Shown here one piece after another: positions 37,557-48,076 of a stretch of DNA of 64,000 nucleotides. Position numbers and translations under genes: made by a program. The stretch lies in the IMG/VR virus record IMGVR_UViG_3300000302_000058. One strand, 5' to 3'. The notes beneath the pieces are model-generated. The model was not told the DNA's origin and did no database searches. It saw only the letters and a list, made by a program, of their open reading frames with translations. Source of the stretch: an uncultured virus (IMG/VR IMGVR_UViG_3300000302_000058) (lineage: Duplodnaviria; Heunggongvirae; Uroviricota; Caudoviricetes). How positions within the stretch are numbered: position 1 is the first letter of the stretch; each line of letters begins with the position of its first letter.

Positions 37557-38483
37557 CTAGAGCTTAAGAAACTGACGAACACGAGCATTAACAAGACCGT
37601 TGAGCTGACCAAAGTTGATAGTCGGCTTCTTCTTCTTAATGAAATCGAAGATGTTCTCCTCGACCGAATCCTTCCAAGCGAGGTTAATCATCATACCCAT
37701 ATGCTTCTTGTTGCGGTAATCAAACTTATCATCGCCGCAAGCTTGAAGCACCTTGTTCTGGCATTTATCAAGAAAAGCATCAGTTACGTACTTATCGACA
37801 AACTCCTGCTCAGTTTCACCAGCGACATAGGTCTTCTTTGGCTTAGACTTGTCCTGCTTGAACTCGTCGCGGACAATCTTGGCAATCTGAATGTTGCCCC
37901 ACTCGTCACGATAGGACGGCTCACGCTTAATGACAATACCCTCTCCAAGAACCCCATCGGGGAGATTGAAACCATTCTTCTCGATGCAACTCTCGATATC
38001 GGTACCAGAGGGATTATCAAACTCAGCAATAAGCGGAACGATGCGGTCATAGAACTCCGCAATCATCGGCTCCCACTCATTATAGGGAAGATAAGTGGCA
38101 TCGGGAATAGAGAACACATCAAAAATATAGAATCCACCCTCAAGATAACGCTTGATGCTGCCAATGAACTTGCCGCAATAGGGATTCACGTTTCCAAGCC
38201 ACTCACCATATACAATATACTCAGGGTGAGCAAGGACGAAAGCACGAAGCTTCACAATTCGCGGCTCATTAGAACTATGAATATAGGTATCAAAACCAGC
38301 GTTATCCTTCTCGCCGCCAAGCTCACGAGTACGAGAACCGGTATAAATCTCACCATTGCGAGAGTAAACAAGACTGTTACTGCCATCAAGCTTAGGCTGC
38401 ACTACGCAATGACCGGCAAGAATGCCCTTTACCTCGTCACGGTCGATACGCTCAACATGAGTGTACTTACGGAAATCGGCCAT
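37557..38483 (-). CDS. ATP-dependent RNA ligase, Rnl2-like
   Basis: KLDGSN (motif I), YGEW, FDV, EGIVIK, AKIV. Confidence 0.85.
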   Translation of the reverse strand: MADFRKYTHVERIDRDEVKGILAGHCVVQPKLDGSNSLVYSRNGEIYTGSRTRELGGEKDNAGFDTYIHSSNEPRIVKLRAFVLAHPEYIVYGEWLGNVNPYCGKFIGSIKRYLEGGFYIFDVFSIPDATYLPYNEWEPMIAEFYDRIVPLIAEFDNPSGTDIESCIEKNGFNLPDGVLGEGIVIKREPSYRDEWGNIQIAKIVRDEFKQDKSKPKKTYVAGETEQEFVDKYVTDAFLDKCQNKVLQACGDDKFDYRNKKHMGMMINLAWKDSVEENIFDFIKKKKPTINFGQLNGLVNARVRQFLKL

Positions 38484-38517
38484 CTTTTCTCCTTTCTATT
38501 GGAACGCTATTATAATA

Positions 38518-38904
38518 CTATTCCTGAACCTTAGAGTCAATTGAATTCTCAACTGCAAACCGCATAAACGGTGTATTGATAGCATCAACATCCGGCATAT
38601 TCTTGCCCTCCGGGCTATTCCAAGAATCCATCAGGCGGTTAGCATCGCGGAATGCCTCTTCAATAGTTTCAAATTGATACGTCTTCGTGCGAGAATCAAG
38701 CACACGATAATTTGCGTTACCGCTCTTGCGATTCTTGCGGCCATGAGCGGTATATCGGACTTCTACATTAAACTTGTTGGGGAAGTCTGGGTCACTCACA
38801 ATAAACACGATTCGATTATTAGAATACTTGCACTGAAGATAACACAGCCCCGCACGCTGAGTGCGACGAAGAACCCACTTATCACGGAAATCAACAGCGT
38901 CCAT
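38518..38904 (-). CDS. hypothetical protein
   Basis: ORF with own promoter. Confidence 0.55.
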   Translation of the reverse strand: MDAVDFRDKWVLRRTQRAGLCYLQCKYSNNRIVFIVSDPDFPNKFNVEVRYTAHGRKNRKSGNANYRVLDSRTKTYQFETIEEAFRDANRLMDSWNSPEGKNMPDVDAINTPFMRFAVENSIDSKVQE

Positions 38905-38986
38905 GTATTAATCCTTCCTAAAAAAAGACTCTCTTCTTTATTACACTAATAGTATAGCAGAAGAGAGCCTTATAGTCAAATGTTAT

Positions 38987-40135
38987 TTAAACGATTGGAA
39001 CCTTGATAAGAGAAGTACAATTCTTACTCTTGGAATAAAACATGTTGTCAAAAATAGTCGTAGGAATCTTAATCTCCGCAACTTCATTAGTGTGGGTTAC
39101 AACGAGATTACAAATGACATTGTCCATAGCGAATGTCTCACGCTTATCCTTGTAAATACGACCTAGCATATCAGCAATAGACTTAGAAGTAAACGCCGCA
39201 AGACGAAGAGTGCCCTGCCAAGGGTTAGGCTGATTGGTCATATCTTGCTCAATCATACGATGGTCAAGATATCCAATAGGCATGGGTCCATTGCCATGAC
39301 GAGTCAGATAAGAGCGAGTAACATAATATAGCTCAACAGGAACATCTTCCCCAAGAGTCTCAATAATAAATGGAATCATCTTCTTACAGCCTGTATTAGA
39401 GGGAGTAAGATGCGGAAAGTCCGCTATATTCTCCATGTCCAGAGCAAGTCCCTGTCCACCCTCGAAGATAACAGTATCATATTTATTGAAGAAGTCTACG
39501 ATATCGCGGTCGTGCATAGGACGAGTAACATCCCGCATGGTATTGAAGTCCTTAATCCAATGTTCCTTCAATCCCCTGATATCGAGTCCGGGGATATTAT
39601 CGAACCGGATACCCTTGGACTCATAGTAAATTTGCACCTCAGAGATATAGTCATAGAGTTCCGCATCGCCAGCGACGTTTAGAAAACCATATTTATACTT
39701 TGTCTGAACGGAATTCTGATACCGCTTAATAGTCTCAAAAATACCCATTCCACAAGACCCGTGCCGCACATCGCGCCCCTGCTCGATAAGCTGGTTCGCC
39801 ATCATGTCAAACGGAGTAACGACGCGGCAACCAGTACTGATATAGCAGTTAGCGATTATCCTATCGTACTCTTGGACAAAAGTCATAGGATTGACAAGGA
39901 AGTCCTCGTGAAAGAATGTATCAGAATCAAAAGCAGTGCCAGCCGCAAAGTGATGGAATACATGGCAGAATCCCTCATATTCAACTGTATGGCCGCGCTG
40001 AGCACCCCCGTTATACAGAACGGTCAAGCAACTTTCTCCACGCTCTTGAGCATTAGCCGCAAGATTGGCAGACACCAATCCCTTGCCCTCGTCACCATAG
40101 TTGGCTCCGATAACAAACTTCACATTAGGCATCAA
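38987..40135 (-). CDS. purA: adenylosuccinate synthetase-like protein
   Basis: GANYGDEGKG, NGGAQRGHT, FEGGQGLALD, PHLTPSNTG, TRSYLTRHGNGP. Confidence 0.8.
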   Translation of the reverse strand: MMPNVKFVIGANYGDEGKGLVSANLAANAQERGESCLTVLYNGGAQRGHTVEYEGFCHVFHHFAAGTAFDSDTFFHEDFLVNPMTFVQEYDRIIANCYISTGCRVVTPFDMMANQLIEQGRDVRHGSCGMGIFETIKRYQNSVQTKYKYGFLNVAGDAELYDYISEVQIYYESKGIRFDNIPGLDIRGLKEHWIKDFNTMRDVTRPMHDRDIVDFFNKYDTVIFEGGQGLALDMENIADFPHLTPSNTGCKKMIPFIIETLGEDVPVELYYVTRSYLTRHGNGPMPIGYLDHRMIEQDMTNQPNPWQGTLRLAAFTSKSIADMLGRIYKDKRETFAMDNVICNLVVTHTNEVAEIKIPTTIFDNMFYSKSKNCTSLIKVPIV

Positions 40136-41132
40136 TTACCATCCAATCCCATCAGAATCAATAGAGGTATCATCAACGGTATTATTATCCCAAATGTCTA
40201 CGAAAGTGTCAACAATAGTATCATCACTATTGGACTTCTTCACAATTTCCGCAATGGTCTTTGGTAGTTCGTTAAGCGTGCTGATATATAGATGGTCACC
40301 AATAAGCGGCTTCCAACTGTTTTCAATAGAGCTATCGTACCAGCGATAACTAGTGCTTTTATCATCAAGAGCGATATGATAAACGTTATACTTTTCAATT
40401 ACAGCTTGATAAAGGTCTTCNNNNNNNNNNNNNNNNNNNNNNNNNNNNNNNNNNNNNNNNNNNNNNNNNNNNNNNNNNNNNNNNNNNNNNNNNNNNNNNN
40501 NNNNNGGTTTCAGTCGGCGTATCATGCCCGATATTGCCAAGGACGCGCTTAAGCTCGCTTTCCTGAAGATATGGGTTAAGTGGTTCGTCACCAATGGTAA
40601 TGATAGTACCCTTTTTACCACGCTTCCAGCAGTCAAGCTCACAGTTATAAAGGCCGAAATACCAAGCCGCAGTGTACGACTCATAGCCGTTACCGCCACC
40701 GCCACCCTCGAAGTAAATCTTGTCAAGCTGCTCGGCGATACGAATGTCACTCTCGAACTGAGAAGCCTGAATCGGGGCATCATCACAGTAAAGGTCACCA
40801 ATGCCCATCACCATGAACTCAACATCCTCAACGGACTCGTAGAGGTTTTCCATGATGTTATTCAGACTCTTGGCAACCTTGACCGCACCATCACCCATAG
40901 AACCGGTAACATCAAGAGCAAGAATCACAGGCTTGGAGTTAGGATGCTCGTCAGAGTCACAACACTCTCGCCGCACATTCTTAGGGTCAAGCACCGGGTC
41001 GATGCGGCGAGACTTAAACATATCCTGAGCGGAATAATTGCCAACGATAGAACCGCTGGCGTGGTCAAAATCGTAACCACGAGAGGTAGAATAGCCTGCG
41101 AAACTCTGAACAGTCCAAGTGCCATAACCCAT
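40136..41132 (-). CDS. vWA-domain protein (split by N-gap)
   Basis: LDVTGSMG MIDAS, QASQFESD, EGGGGGNGYESY, IGDE. Confidence 0.8.
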
Positions 41133-41134
41133 AT

Positions 41135-41707
41135 TTAGTTCTCCTCAGTCTTGTCGTTAGCAGAATCGAACATGCCATCAAACATGTTATCGAACATATT
41201 AGAATTGCCGCCCATCAGCATGAATGGAATCATGGCGTTCATCCCATCACCAGAGTTACCCGAACCATTCATCATCTTGGAGAGCATCATATACTTCATC
41301 ATGTTTTCCATGCCACCCTTGCCGCTAAGGACATTGCCGAACATGGAAACAATCTTACCGTAGAAGTACGTGTTGCCCATGAACATATGACGCTCAGGAA
41401 CAATCTCGTCAATTGTAGAATTCTCGTAATTGAGAACCTTGATAGTAGAATTCTCAATCTCAATTACACAATTGGGCTTGCCATTGACAAGAATGATATC
41501 GCCAACTTCAACCTTATTGGTCGGAATCACGAAGAACATTTCCTCGCCGACGTTGAATACAAACTGGTCACAGTTCACAAGGCGATTCTCTTTAACATTA
41601 TATGCCTTGTAACCGCCAGAGGTCTTAACCGCAATCTTGCCGTCCATAGATAGGCGGCACATACCGGGCTTTACGTTACCAAACATACCATTAAAAGGAT
41701 TCGTCAT
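41135..41707 (-). CDS. hypothetical protein with Met/Asn/Gly-rich tail
   Basis: ORF with AAGGAG RBS, first gene of the vWA-purA run. Confidence 0.7.
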   Translation of the reverse strand: MTNPFNGMFGNVKPGMCRLSMDGKIAVKTSGGYKAYNVKENRLVNCDQFVFNVGEEMFFVIPTNKVEVGDIILVNGKPNCVIEIENSTIKVLNYENSTIDEIVPERHMFMGNTYFYGKIVSMFGNVLSGKGGMENMMKYMMLSKMMNGSGNSGDGMNAMIPFMLMGGNSNMFDNMFDGMFDSANDKTEEN

Positions 41708-41781
41708 ATTATTCTCCTTTCTTTTGCTTTTTAGGCGATATTAATTATGCTACCTTTGGCCGCAATTGTCAACCATCAATC

Positions 41782-42171
41782 CTACTTATTCTCGCAATCG
41801 CCGCCAGAAATATACTCATCAACATCCCCCTCAGTATCGCGGGCAATGTCATAATAATAATTATTTTCGACAACAGCATCATTATAAGTAGCAAGAAAAT
41901 ATTGGTTGCGATGGCCGCACCAATTATACTCAACATGAATATTCAGAACATCGAGAAGGAATCTATCAATTGCACCTGCAATGCCCTCGGCACGATGCCA
42001 AGCCTGTCGAAAACACTCGCTTTCGTCTGTACCCTTGTGTTTTTGATAGTCCCGCCACAGTTTTGCGGCATAACCACGATACTCTTTGACCGCACACAGA
42101 ATATTCTCTTGTTGCTCTTGAGTCAACCAGTCATAGTTAGCAGGAAAACAATCTTCATCGAGGTAGTACAT
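41782..42171 (-). CDS. hypothetical protein
   Basis: ORF with own promoter. Confidence 0.55.
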   Translation of the reverse strand: MYYLDEDCFPANYDWLTQEQQENILCAVKEYRGYAAKLWRDYQKHKGTDESECFRQAWHRAEGIAGAIDRFLLDVLNIHVEYNWCGHRNQYFLATYNDAVVENNYYYDIARDTEGDVDEYISGGDCENK

Positions 42172-42363
42172 ATCCCTTTCCTTTCTGTTGGTGTGATACC
42201 ATTATATTACAGCTTCTACAAGTTGTCCAATCGAATTCACTGAGATAAAATCATTTGGCCGCAAGATTACACACACCTATCATAATACCCCCTAGAATCG
42301 CCGCAGACAACCCAAATCACCTGTGCTATAATATACTTGTCAGCAAGGGAGAAAGGAAACCTA

Positions 42364-42756
42364 ATGAACTACAACGACTATTATCAGCAGGTCAAGAACG
42401 ATGCCATCGCCGCCATTGACGAGCAGTTTGATTGCGGCTATTGGGACGGCGATACCGAGTGGGATGTTGTTTATGACAACCTCTTCGTTGACGATGGCGT
42501 GACCGGTAACGGTAGCGGTTCCTACTTCTTCAACGCCGCCAAGGCTCGTGAGGCAGTTGCCGACGCTATCTGGGACGAGAAGATTCTCAACGCTCTCTCT
42601 GAGCTTGGCATTAGCGGTGACCGGATTGCTCAGTATCTCCGTGACAACGATGCCGAGTCTCTGGACGTTTGCATTCGCTGTGCAATGCTTGGCGAGGTTT
42701 ACAGCAAGATTGAGGAGCACTTCTCTGACCGCAAGTCTGAGCTTGAGGAAAAGTAA
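42364..42756 (+). CDS. acidic early protein (possible DNA mimic)
   Basis: Own promoter, RBS and terminator; D/E-rich; DDGVTGNGSGSY. Confidence 0.65.
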   Translation: MNYNDYYQQVKNDAIAAIDEQFDCGYWDGDTEWDVVYDNLFVDDGVTGNGSGSYFFNAAKAREAVADAIWDEKILNALSELGISGDRIAQYLRDNDAESLDVCIRCAMLGEVYSKIEEHFSDRKSELEEK

Positions 42757-42809
42757 ATAACAACCTGTAAGAAAAAGGAGTCGCTTTCGCGGCTCCTTTT
42801 TCTTATTCG

Positions 42810-43706
42810 TTAAAATCGTTGTTTCGATACGCAAACAAGCGTGCCGAACCAATATTCTTCATTGGTATCCAGTTTAAAAATTTCCTTATATAGACACACA
42901 CATTTATGGTTACCGAAAACAGTATCCTTTTGCGGCCCGTAGAAAGCAAATCCGTGCATATGCCCGTGAATAAAAAAGCGATGGGGAACTTTTCGCCGCA
43001 CAAGCTCTAAAAACTTTTCCCCCTCTGTAGGAGTAAACCTAGGTCCTCCAAGAGGTGAGATATCGGTAAAGGTAGATGGGCAGTCATGCGTAAAAATATA
43101 TTGCACCTTGAGGTCGCCGTACATTTCCTGATAGTCCCATAGAAGTGACTTCACATAAGGAATATTGATATCCTCATCGGGCCACCAATCCACACCGACT
43201 GTGCGGTAAAAACGTCCTTTCGCCCTATAGTGCTTGATGCGGCCTTTCTCATTAGAGTTAGGATACACCAGGTTATCGATATCATGCGACTTAGCGCCCG
43301 CGATATGAAGCGTTCTAATACCGCAAATATCAAGGATGGCCGCATCAGATACCCAAAACACATTATCATAGGTTTTATCGCCGTAAAACGGATTAGAGAG
43401 CGTTCCAGATACGCATTTGACCAATCCATTTCCCGCACTAGGTAAGCTATAGTTGCGTATGGTTTCTGAATTATCGTGGTTTCCCCGAATGAAAACATAT
43501 GTTTCAGGTCTATTGGAAAGCCAATCTAAAATATATCTATACTCCTTATTCGGGCCATCGAACCCCAACCCCACATCGCCGCACACAACCACGACATCAT
43601 CTTTGCCGAGACAGCGCAAAGCAGGATTGCGGCTATAGGAAAACTTTTCTACAATATTTCCGTGACAATCGGCAGTTATATATAGACTCATTACTTTAAA
43701 TCCCAA
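42810..43706 (-). CDS. metallophosphoesterase
   Basis: ADCHG, CGDVG, RGNHD, THDCP, HGHMH. Confidence 0.85.
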   Translation of the reverse strand: MGFKVMSLYITADCHGNIVEKFSYSRNPALRCLGKDDVVVVCGDVGLGFDGPNKEYRYILDWLSNRPETYVFIRGNHDNSETIRNYSLPSAGNGLVKCVSGTLSNPFYGDKTYDNVFWVSDAAILDICGIRTLHIAGAKSHDIDNLVYPNSNEKGRIKHYRAKGRFYRTVGVDWWPDEDINIPYVKSLLWDYQEMYGDLKVQYIFTHDCPSTFTDISPLGGPRFTPTEGEKFLELVRRKVPHRFFIHGHMHGFAFYGPQKDTVFGNHKCVCLYKEIFKLDTNEEYWFGTLVCVSKQRF

Positions 43707-44113
43707 TCTTCATCGAAATGCTCAAGTCTCTTGGGGTCATCTTTATACGTGAGATAATCCACAAACCCCATCATCTCGTCATCATTAAATTCATGAAAGT
43801 AAATAAAATAATCATCATCTGGGTCACCAGCATAGATACGTAGTTCAACATACTCGTGGTCTGGCGTAAAACTAAAGATAGCAGTATAGTCACGACGCGA
43901 ACGGCTTTCATCGCCGCCAAACTCGTACTCAGTCTGATTCTTATCAGTATTGAATCGGTGAGTCCAAGAGCCATCGTAAATGGCACTCAGAACATCACAG
44001 CTTTTGTCTGTGTCCCATGCGGCCATTTGCCGCACAATCAAACCGACGCACTCAATCTCAGTCAGATAACACTTATCCATCTTGTACTCAATAAAAGGTG
44101 CAAACTTAATCAT
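43691..44113 (-). CDS. hypothetical protein
   Basis: GGAGG RBS before MIKFAP. Confidence 0.5.
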   Translation of the reverse strand: MIKFAPFIEYKMDKCYLTEIECVGLIVRQMAAWDTDKSCDVLSAIYDGSWTHRFNTDKNQTEYEFGGDESRSRRDYTAIFSFTPDHEYVELRIYAGDPDDDYFIYFHEFNDDEMMGFVDYLTYKDDPKRLEHFDEDWDLK

Positions 44114-44289
44114 TATAATCCTCCGAATCCTCAATACCTTTCAATCGAGATTACGGTTTTATATTACAAGTTATCGCCGCAATTGTCAAGGGATTTTTAT
44201 CTACTCTATCTCGATAAAATATATTTGCGACTTTTGTTTTTTCGTGTTATAATATATATAGAAAGAAAGGGAAAGGAAAGGAGACGCGG

Positions 44290-44550
44290 ATGCGCAAGTT
44301 CCAGATTGCAAACGTCGATTGCGACACCTTCGGCAAGGTCAACGAGGAGTTCTACGACGAGAAGCTTATCGAAGCGAAACGTCTAATCGCTATGTACGGC
44401 GATAACGGCCTTGTCATGCTCAATCGTGACCTGACCAATCTCAATCGCCGCATGATGCGCTACAAGGGCGTAGACGAGGATATGTATAATGCTATGGCCG
44501 AAGACGTTCGTGCTCTTCACCATGTTATTCAGGATGTGAACGAATGGTAG
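44290..44550 (+). CDS. hypothetical early protein
   Basis: Promoter and AAGGAG RBS. Confidence 0.6.
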   Translation: MRKFQIANVDCDTFGKVNEEFYDEKLIEAKRLIAMYGDNGLVMLNRDLTNLNRRMMRYKGVDEDMYNAMAEDVRALHHVIQDVNEW

Positions 44551-44635
44551 AACAGTTTATCGGAATGGCAATTTTCACTATCTTTTATTATCTTGTTAAA
44601 AAGTATCTATAAAATTCTAGGAAAGGATTCGCCGC

Positions 44636-44821
44636 ATGTCTCATGCCGCCATCGGTTACAAGGAGCAGGTTCTCCGCACAGGCGATATCGTCAAAGACAC
44701 CCGCATCAAAGACTCCGCCCCCATTCTTCTTATCAACACCATGCGCACGCTCGTGGTTTACGCCACTAGCGACGGGCATATCCATTATCGTCCTGCGCGT
44801 TTTTTCAAGAAGGTGAGCTGA
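44636..44821 (+). CDS. hypothetical protein
   Basis: AAAGGA RBS. Confidence 0.5.
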   Translation: MSHAAIGYKEQVLRTGDIVKDTRIKDSAPILLINTMRTLVVYATSDGHIHYRPARFFKKVS

Positions 44822-45394
44822 TGTTTGTTATGTTCGCCATCGCCGCCATTCTCCTTTTTATTTCTGCGGCCAGTGCTTTAATTATGTTTATTTTTGCAAT
44901 CAAGTACGGTTCAAACGATTTCGCTGGAATCTGCATCGGTATCTTTACCATCATTGCAGTATACATCATTTATATTCTTATTAATTTTGGAGGAATGTAA
45001 ATTGTTGAATGTGGCTTTCTTTTTCGCCGCCGCATATATCTTCTGTCTGTTCGTCTGCTATTTCGCTTATTTTCTAGTTCGCGCCGTGGACAGCTTCATG
45101 CTAGGTGAATATCTAGAGTTTATTGTAGATGTATTGTTTCTAATCGGGCCTATCGCTTGCGGTTATATCGCTTATATTATCTGTCTATAGCCGCCCCAAT
45201 AGAAAGGTAAAGTGTTATGCAAGTATTCGAGGAGATGTTTTAATGAAAGTCGATATTGGATGGCTATTTACAGCCATTTTATTTGGAGTGCTTCTTGGAG
45301 GACGGTTTACAGATTTCATCCCAGTTTTATCGCTAGTAATTGTTATCGCACACACTGTCTATACTTTTTATATTATATTTAGGGAGACATATTT

Positions 45395-45700
45395 ATGAAA
45401 GTAAAAGAAATGTACAAATCCATCAAGCGAGACTATTGGAACATATCGCAATCCAAGAGTCTAAACACTAGCTATCTTTTTCTCTTTACCGAATACAACA
45501 AGCAGACGAGAGACAAGCGTGCGGCGAAACTTAAAAAGAAGCTTGACCGCAAATGCCCCTTTGAATTTCAAGTTAATACCAGTTGGCATAATATTATCGT
45601 GTATCTAACGTCTAAGCGCAGGCCGCACATCAAGTTCAATGACCGCAAGGCTTATAAGCGTTATCTCAAGTATTATTCAAAGGAAGTGATGCCACTGTGA
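45395..45700 (+). CDS. basic hypothetical protein
   Basis: GGAG RBS, operon overlap. Confidence 0.5.
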   Translation: MKVKEMYKSIKRDYWNISQSKSLNTSYLFLFTEYNKQTRDKRAAKLKKKLDRKCPFEFQVNTSWHNIIVYLTSKRRPHIKFNDRKAYKRYLKYYSKEVMPL

Positions 45701-45906
45701 AACAAGGGACTTTTATTACCGAGAAGAACATCTACGAGTTTCTAGTTGAAGAAAGTATCTTTAGTCATAATAAATATACTATCAGTTATATTAAGAGTGG
45801 TCAACCGACAACTCACGTGATAGAGAAGCTGTTTTCCAAGAGCCAAATTGAAGATGATAGCAATGTCATCAAAGTGATTCTGGAACAGGAAGGAGAGAAC
45901 TGGTGA
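45697..45906 (+). CDS. hypothetical protein
   Basis: Overlapping start and stop. Confidence 0.45.
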   Translation: MKQGTFITEKNIYEFLVEESIFSHNKYTISYIKSGQPTTHVIEKLFSKSQIEDDSNVIKVILEQEGENW

Positions 45907-46277
45907 AACGATATCTAAGTATAGACCAAATCTATGTTGAGAAACTAGCCGAGTTGTGCGGCGAGAGTTATGCCGCCAACAACTCGCATAATCTAATTAA
46001 ATGTCAGGAGCTTAACCGTAGCGGGTGGCACTGGAAGGTAATCTACTTTGCATTGATTGACTACTTTGGCCGCATGGACGAAGAATGGAAGCAGAAGGCA
46101 GACAACGGTGTGTTGGCTGAGCATGACTTTCTTTGCGGCCAGTGGTTCATCGGTGACACGCAGGAACATCTCAATGTCCTTTATGATTGTTTGAAGACTG
46201 TAAACGCAGAGCCGCACAAGTATAAGACAGCGGAAGAGTTTTTCTTCGACTGGGAAAAGGAAAATAGATTTCGTTAG
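45903..46277 (+). CDS. hypothetical protein
   Basis: AAGGAG RBS, terminator downstream. Confidence 0.55.
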   Translation: MKRYLSIDQIYVEKLAELCGESYAANNSHNLIKCQELNRSGWHWKVIYFALIDYFGRMDEEWKQKADNGVLAEHDFLCGQWFIGDTQEHLNVLYDCLKTVNAEPHKYKTAEEFFFDWEKENRFR

Positions 46278-46463
46278 CCTAGCGGGCGGTACGCAAGTAC
46301 CGCCCCTATTTTTTATCTGGGTCTTTTAATCAAAAAATCAATGTATAGGCATAGAAAAAATGGGGTATAATTTAAACGAAAAAGGGGTCTTTATTACTAT
46401 GTATGGTACTGTGTATTCTTTTATGTATGGTACTATATGCGAGTAGGCTAGAAAGGATAAAGA

Positions 46464-47327
46464 ATGTTTGAAGGAGAACAAATAAAAAGTAAAATATATG
46501 TAGTTTGCGGTGTATCAATTATGAAAGATAAAAATTATTATCCGCAAATAACCGCATTATTTGATAATTATAGAGATAATTATAGTATGCCTAAAGACGA
46601 GTTTAGAACGATGCTTCGTTATGCTCTGGGATGGTCAGAAGAAAAAATAGAGAGAGCTATTCAAGCCGCATTAGATAATAACGTTCTTGTTGATACAAAT
46701 TTGATTACTGAAGAACTGTTGACACCTTTGTTTAGAGATGGTAGTTTGAAGAGAGATTCGTATATTACTTCTACATCATTGGCAAAAATATACTCAAGAT
46801 GTTCGTGTGAAAAATATATCACGCCGCATCATCAAGGAAATCACATATTTTCTATAACTATGACAGGAGAAACACTTTTCTACCTCTTGGAGCAAAAGAA
46901 TGATTTATTATTTAAGCTTTATATCTATTTTCGTATGAATAAATCTTATTGGACAGATTACAAAAAAGAAACATTTAATTTTTATATTAAAGGCAAAGGC
47001 GGCGCAGTAGAGAATCTAGGGTATTCGATAAAATCTGGTAGCACTGCGGACAGAATCAGAGAATGTCTTAATTTTCTTGAAAAGAGTAATCTAATTATTA
47101 TGGGGGAACCGATAAGCAGAGGCTGCAAATATGGTAAATCATTGGGCTATTGGCGTCCGCTATATGAAACAAGAGAACTGGAAAAAGAGCCGGTTTTTAC
47201 TGACTATACCTTAATGCGCATTCCTAATTTTTGTATTGATGAAGTAACAGATATCGTGTATACTAGGATGGAAGAGAAGGGTTTTCCTGAAAGTGTTCCC
47301 GAGAGATTAATGTTTGATAATATTTAA
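46464..47327 (+). CDS. putative winged-helix replication-initiator-like protein
   Basis: FKLYIYF...LGYS...IRECLNFLEKSNLI helix-turn-helix pattern; flanked by 13-bp direct repeats and the DnaA-box-like array. Confidence 0.45.
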   Translation: MFEGEQIKSKIYVVCGVSIMKDKNYYPQITALFDNYRDNYSMPKDEFRTMLRYALGWSEEKIERAIQAALDNNVLVDTNLITEELLTPLFRDGSLKRDSYITSTSLAKIYSRCSCEKYITPHHQGNHIFSITMTGETLFYLLEQKNDLLFKLYIYFRMNKSYWTDYKKETFNFYIKGKGGAVENLGYSIKSGSTADRIRECLNFLEKSNLIIMGEPISRGCKYGKSLGYWRPLYETRELEKEPVFTDYTLMRIPNFCIDEVTDIVYTRMEEKGFPESVPERLMFDNI

Positions 47328-47426
47328 AAAGTGGAGTAAAGTGGGGCTTAGTGTAGTTTTATCTTAGTTTTTGTAGTTCATTACAACACGTTTACCAATT
47401 TAAAAAACATAATATATCATCGTTAT

Positions 47427-47520
47427 TGTGGAAAACTTGTGGAAAAGTGGAAAAGTTTTCCACTTTTGTGGAAAACCTGTGGAAAACTTTTGTGGAAAAC
47501 TTTGTGGAAATGTGGAAAAC
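47427..47520. repeat. array of DnaA-box-like 9-mers (TTTTCCACA)
   Basis: Six exact TGTGGAAAA plus three variants in 94 bp; one mismatch from TTATCCACA. Confidence 0.75.
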
Positions 47521-48076
47521 TCGGATATCAAAAATAGATTATGGCGAATTATGGGATTCTGAGAGGGGTGGTGTGTGTTCCACAATTGTCAATCCTATAA
47601 CACTTGGCACTTTTAATTCCATAAAAATAACACAAAAATCCAGAAAATTCATTTTAACAATTATCAAGTGACTCCCCAAGAACTATTTTCGTTTTTAACG
47701 ACGGGAGTCTCAGGGAATTAATTTCATTTTTGACAGGAATTTCATTTTTAACCGCAAAGGTACCTACCATTATTTTCATTTTTAACCATTGGCCGCACAC
47801 CTCTATTTTCCTTTGTCTATTGGATACACTTGACTGTTCATCAACTTCTCTGTATTATGTGATATACACAAGTTCAAGGACTGAACAAGGTGCTAAAAGT
47901 TCCGCCCGAGAATTTGAATAGACAGAGGTTTTGCATTGGACTCTTGGGTTTCAGATATGCTATAATATAATCGTTCCAAGGGGAGAAGGAGCATAATCTT
48001 CACTCAGAGCACGACCGATAAAGTGTTCCCCCTTGTCTATATAATAAAGTAAGTTCCTACACTAAGGAGTCTTTTT

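Noticed and set aside
38987..40135. PurZ (2-aminoadenine genome) interpretation
   Set aside because: The motif is GDEGKG with the catalytic Asp of PurA, not the Ser-type motif of PurZ; no clear DatZ/MazZ partner is adjacent
47427..47520. CRISPR array (also considered for the 49323-52719 palindromes)
   Set aside because: Repeats are 9 or 20 bp with no regular unique 30-40-bp spacers, and there are no cas genes
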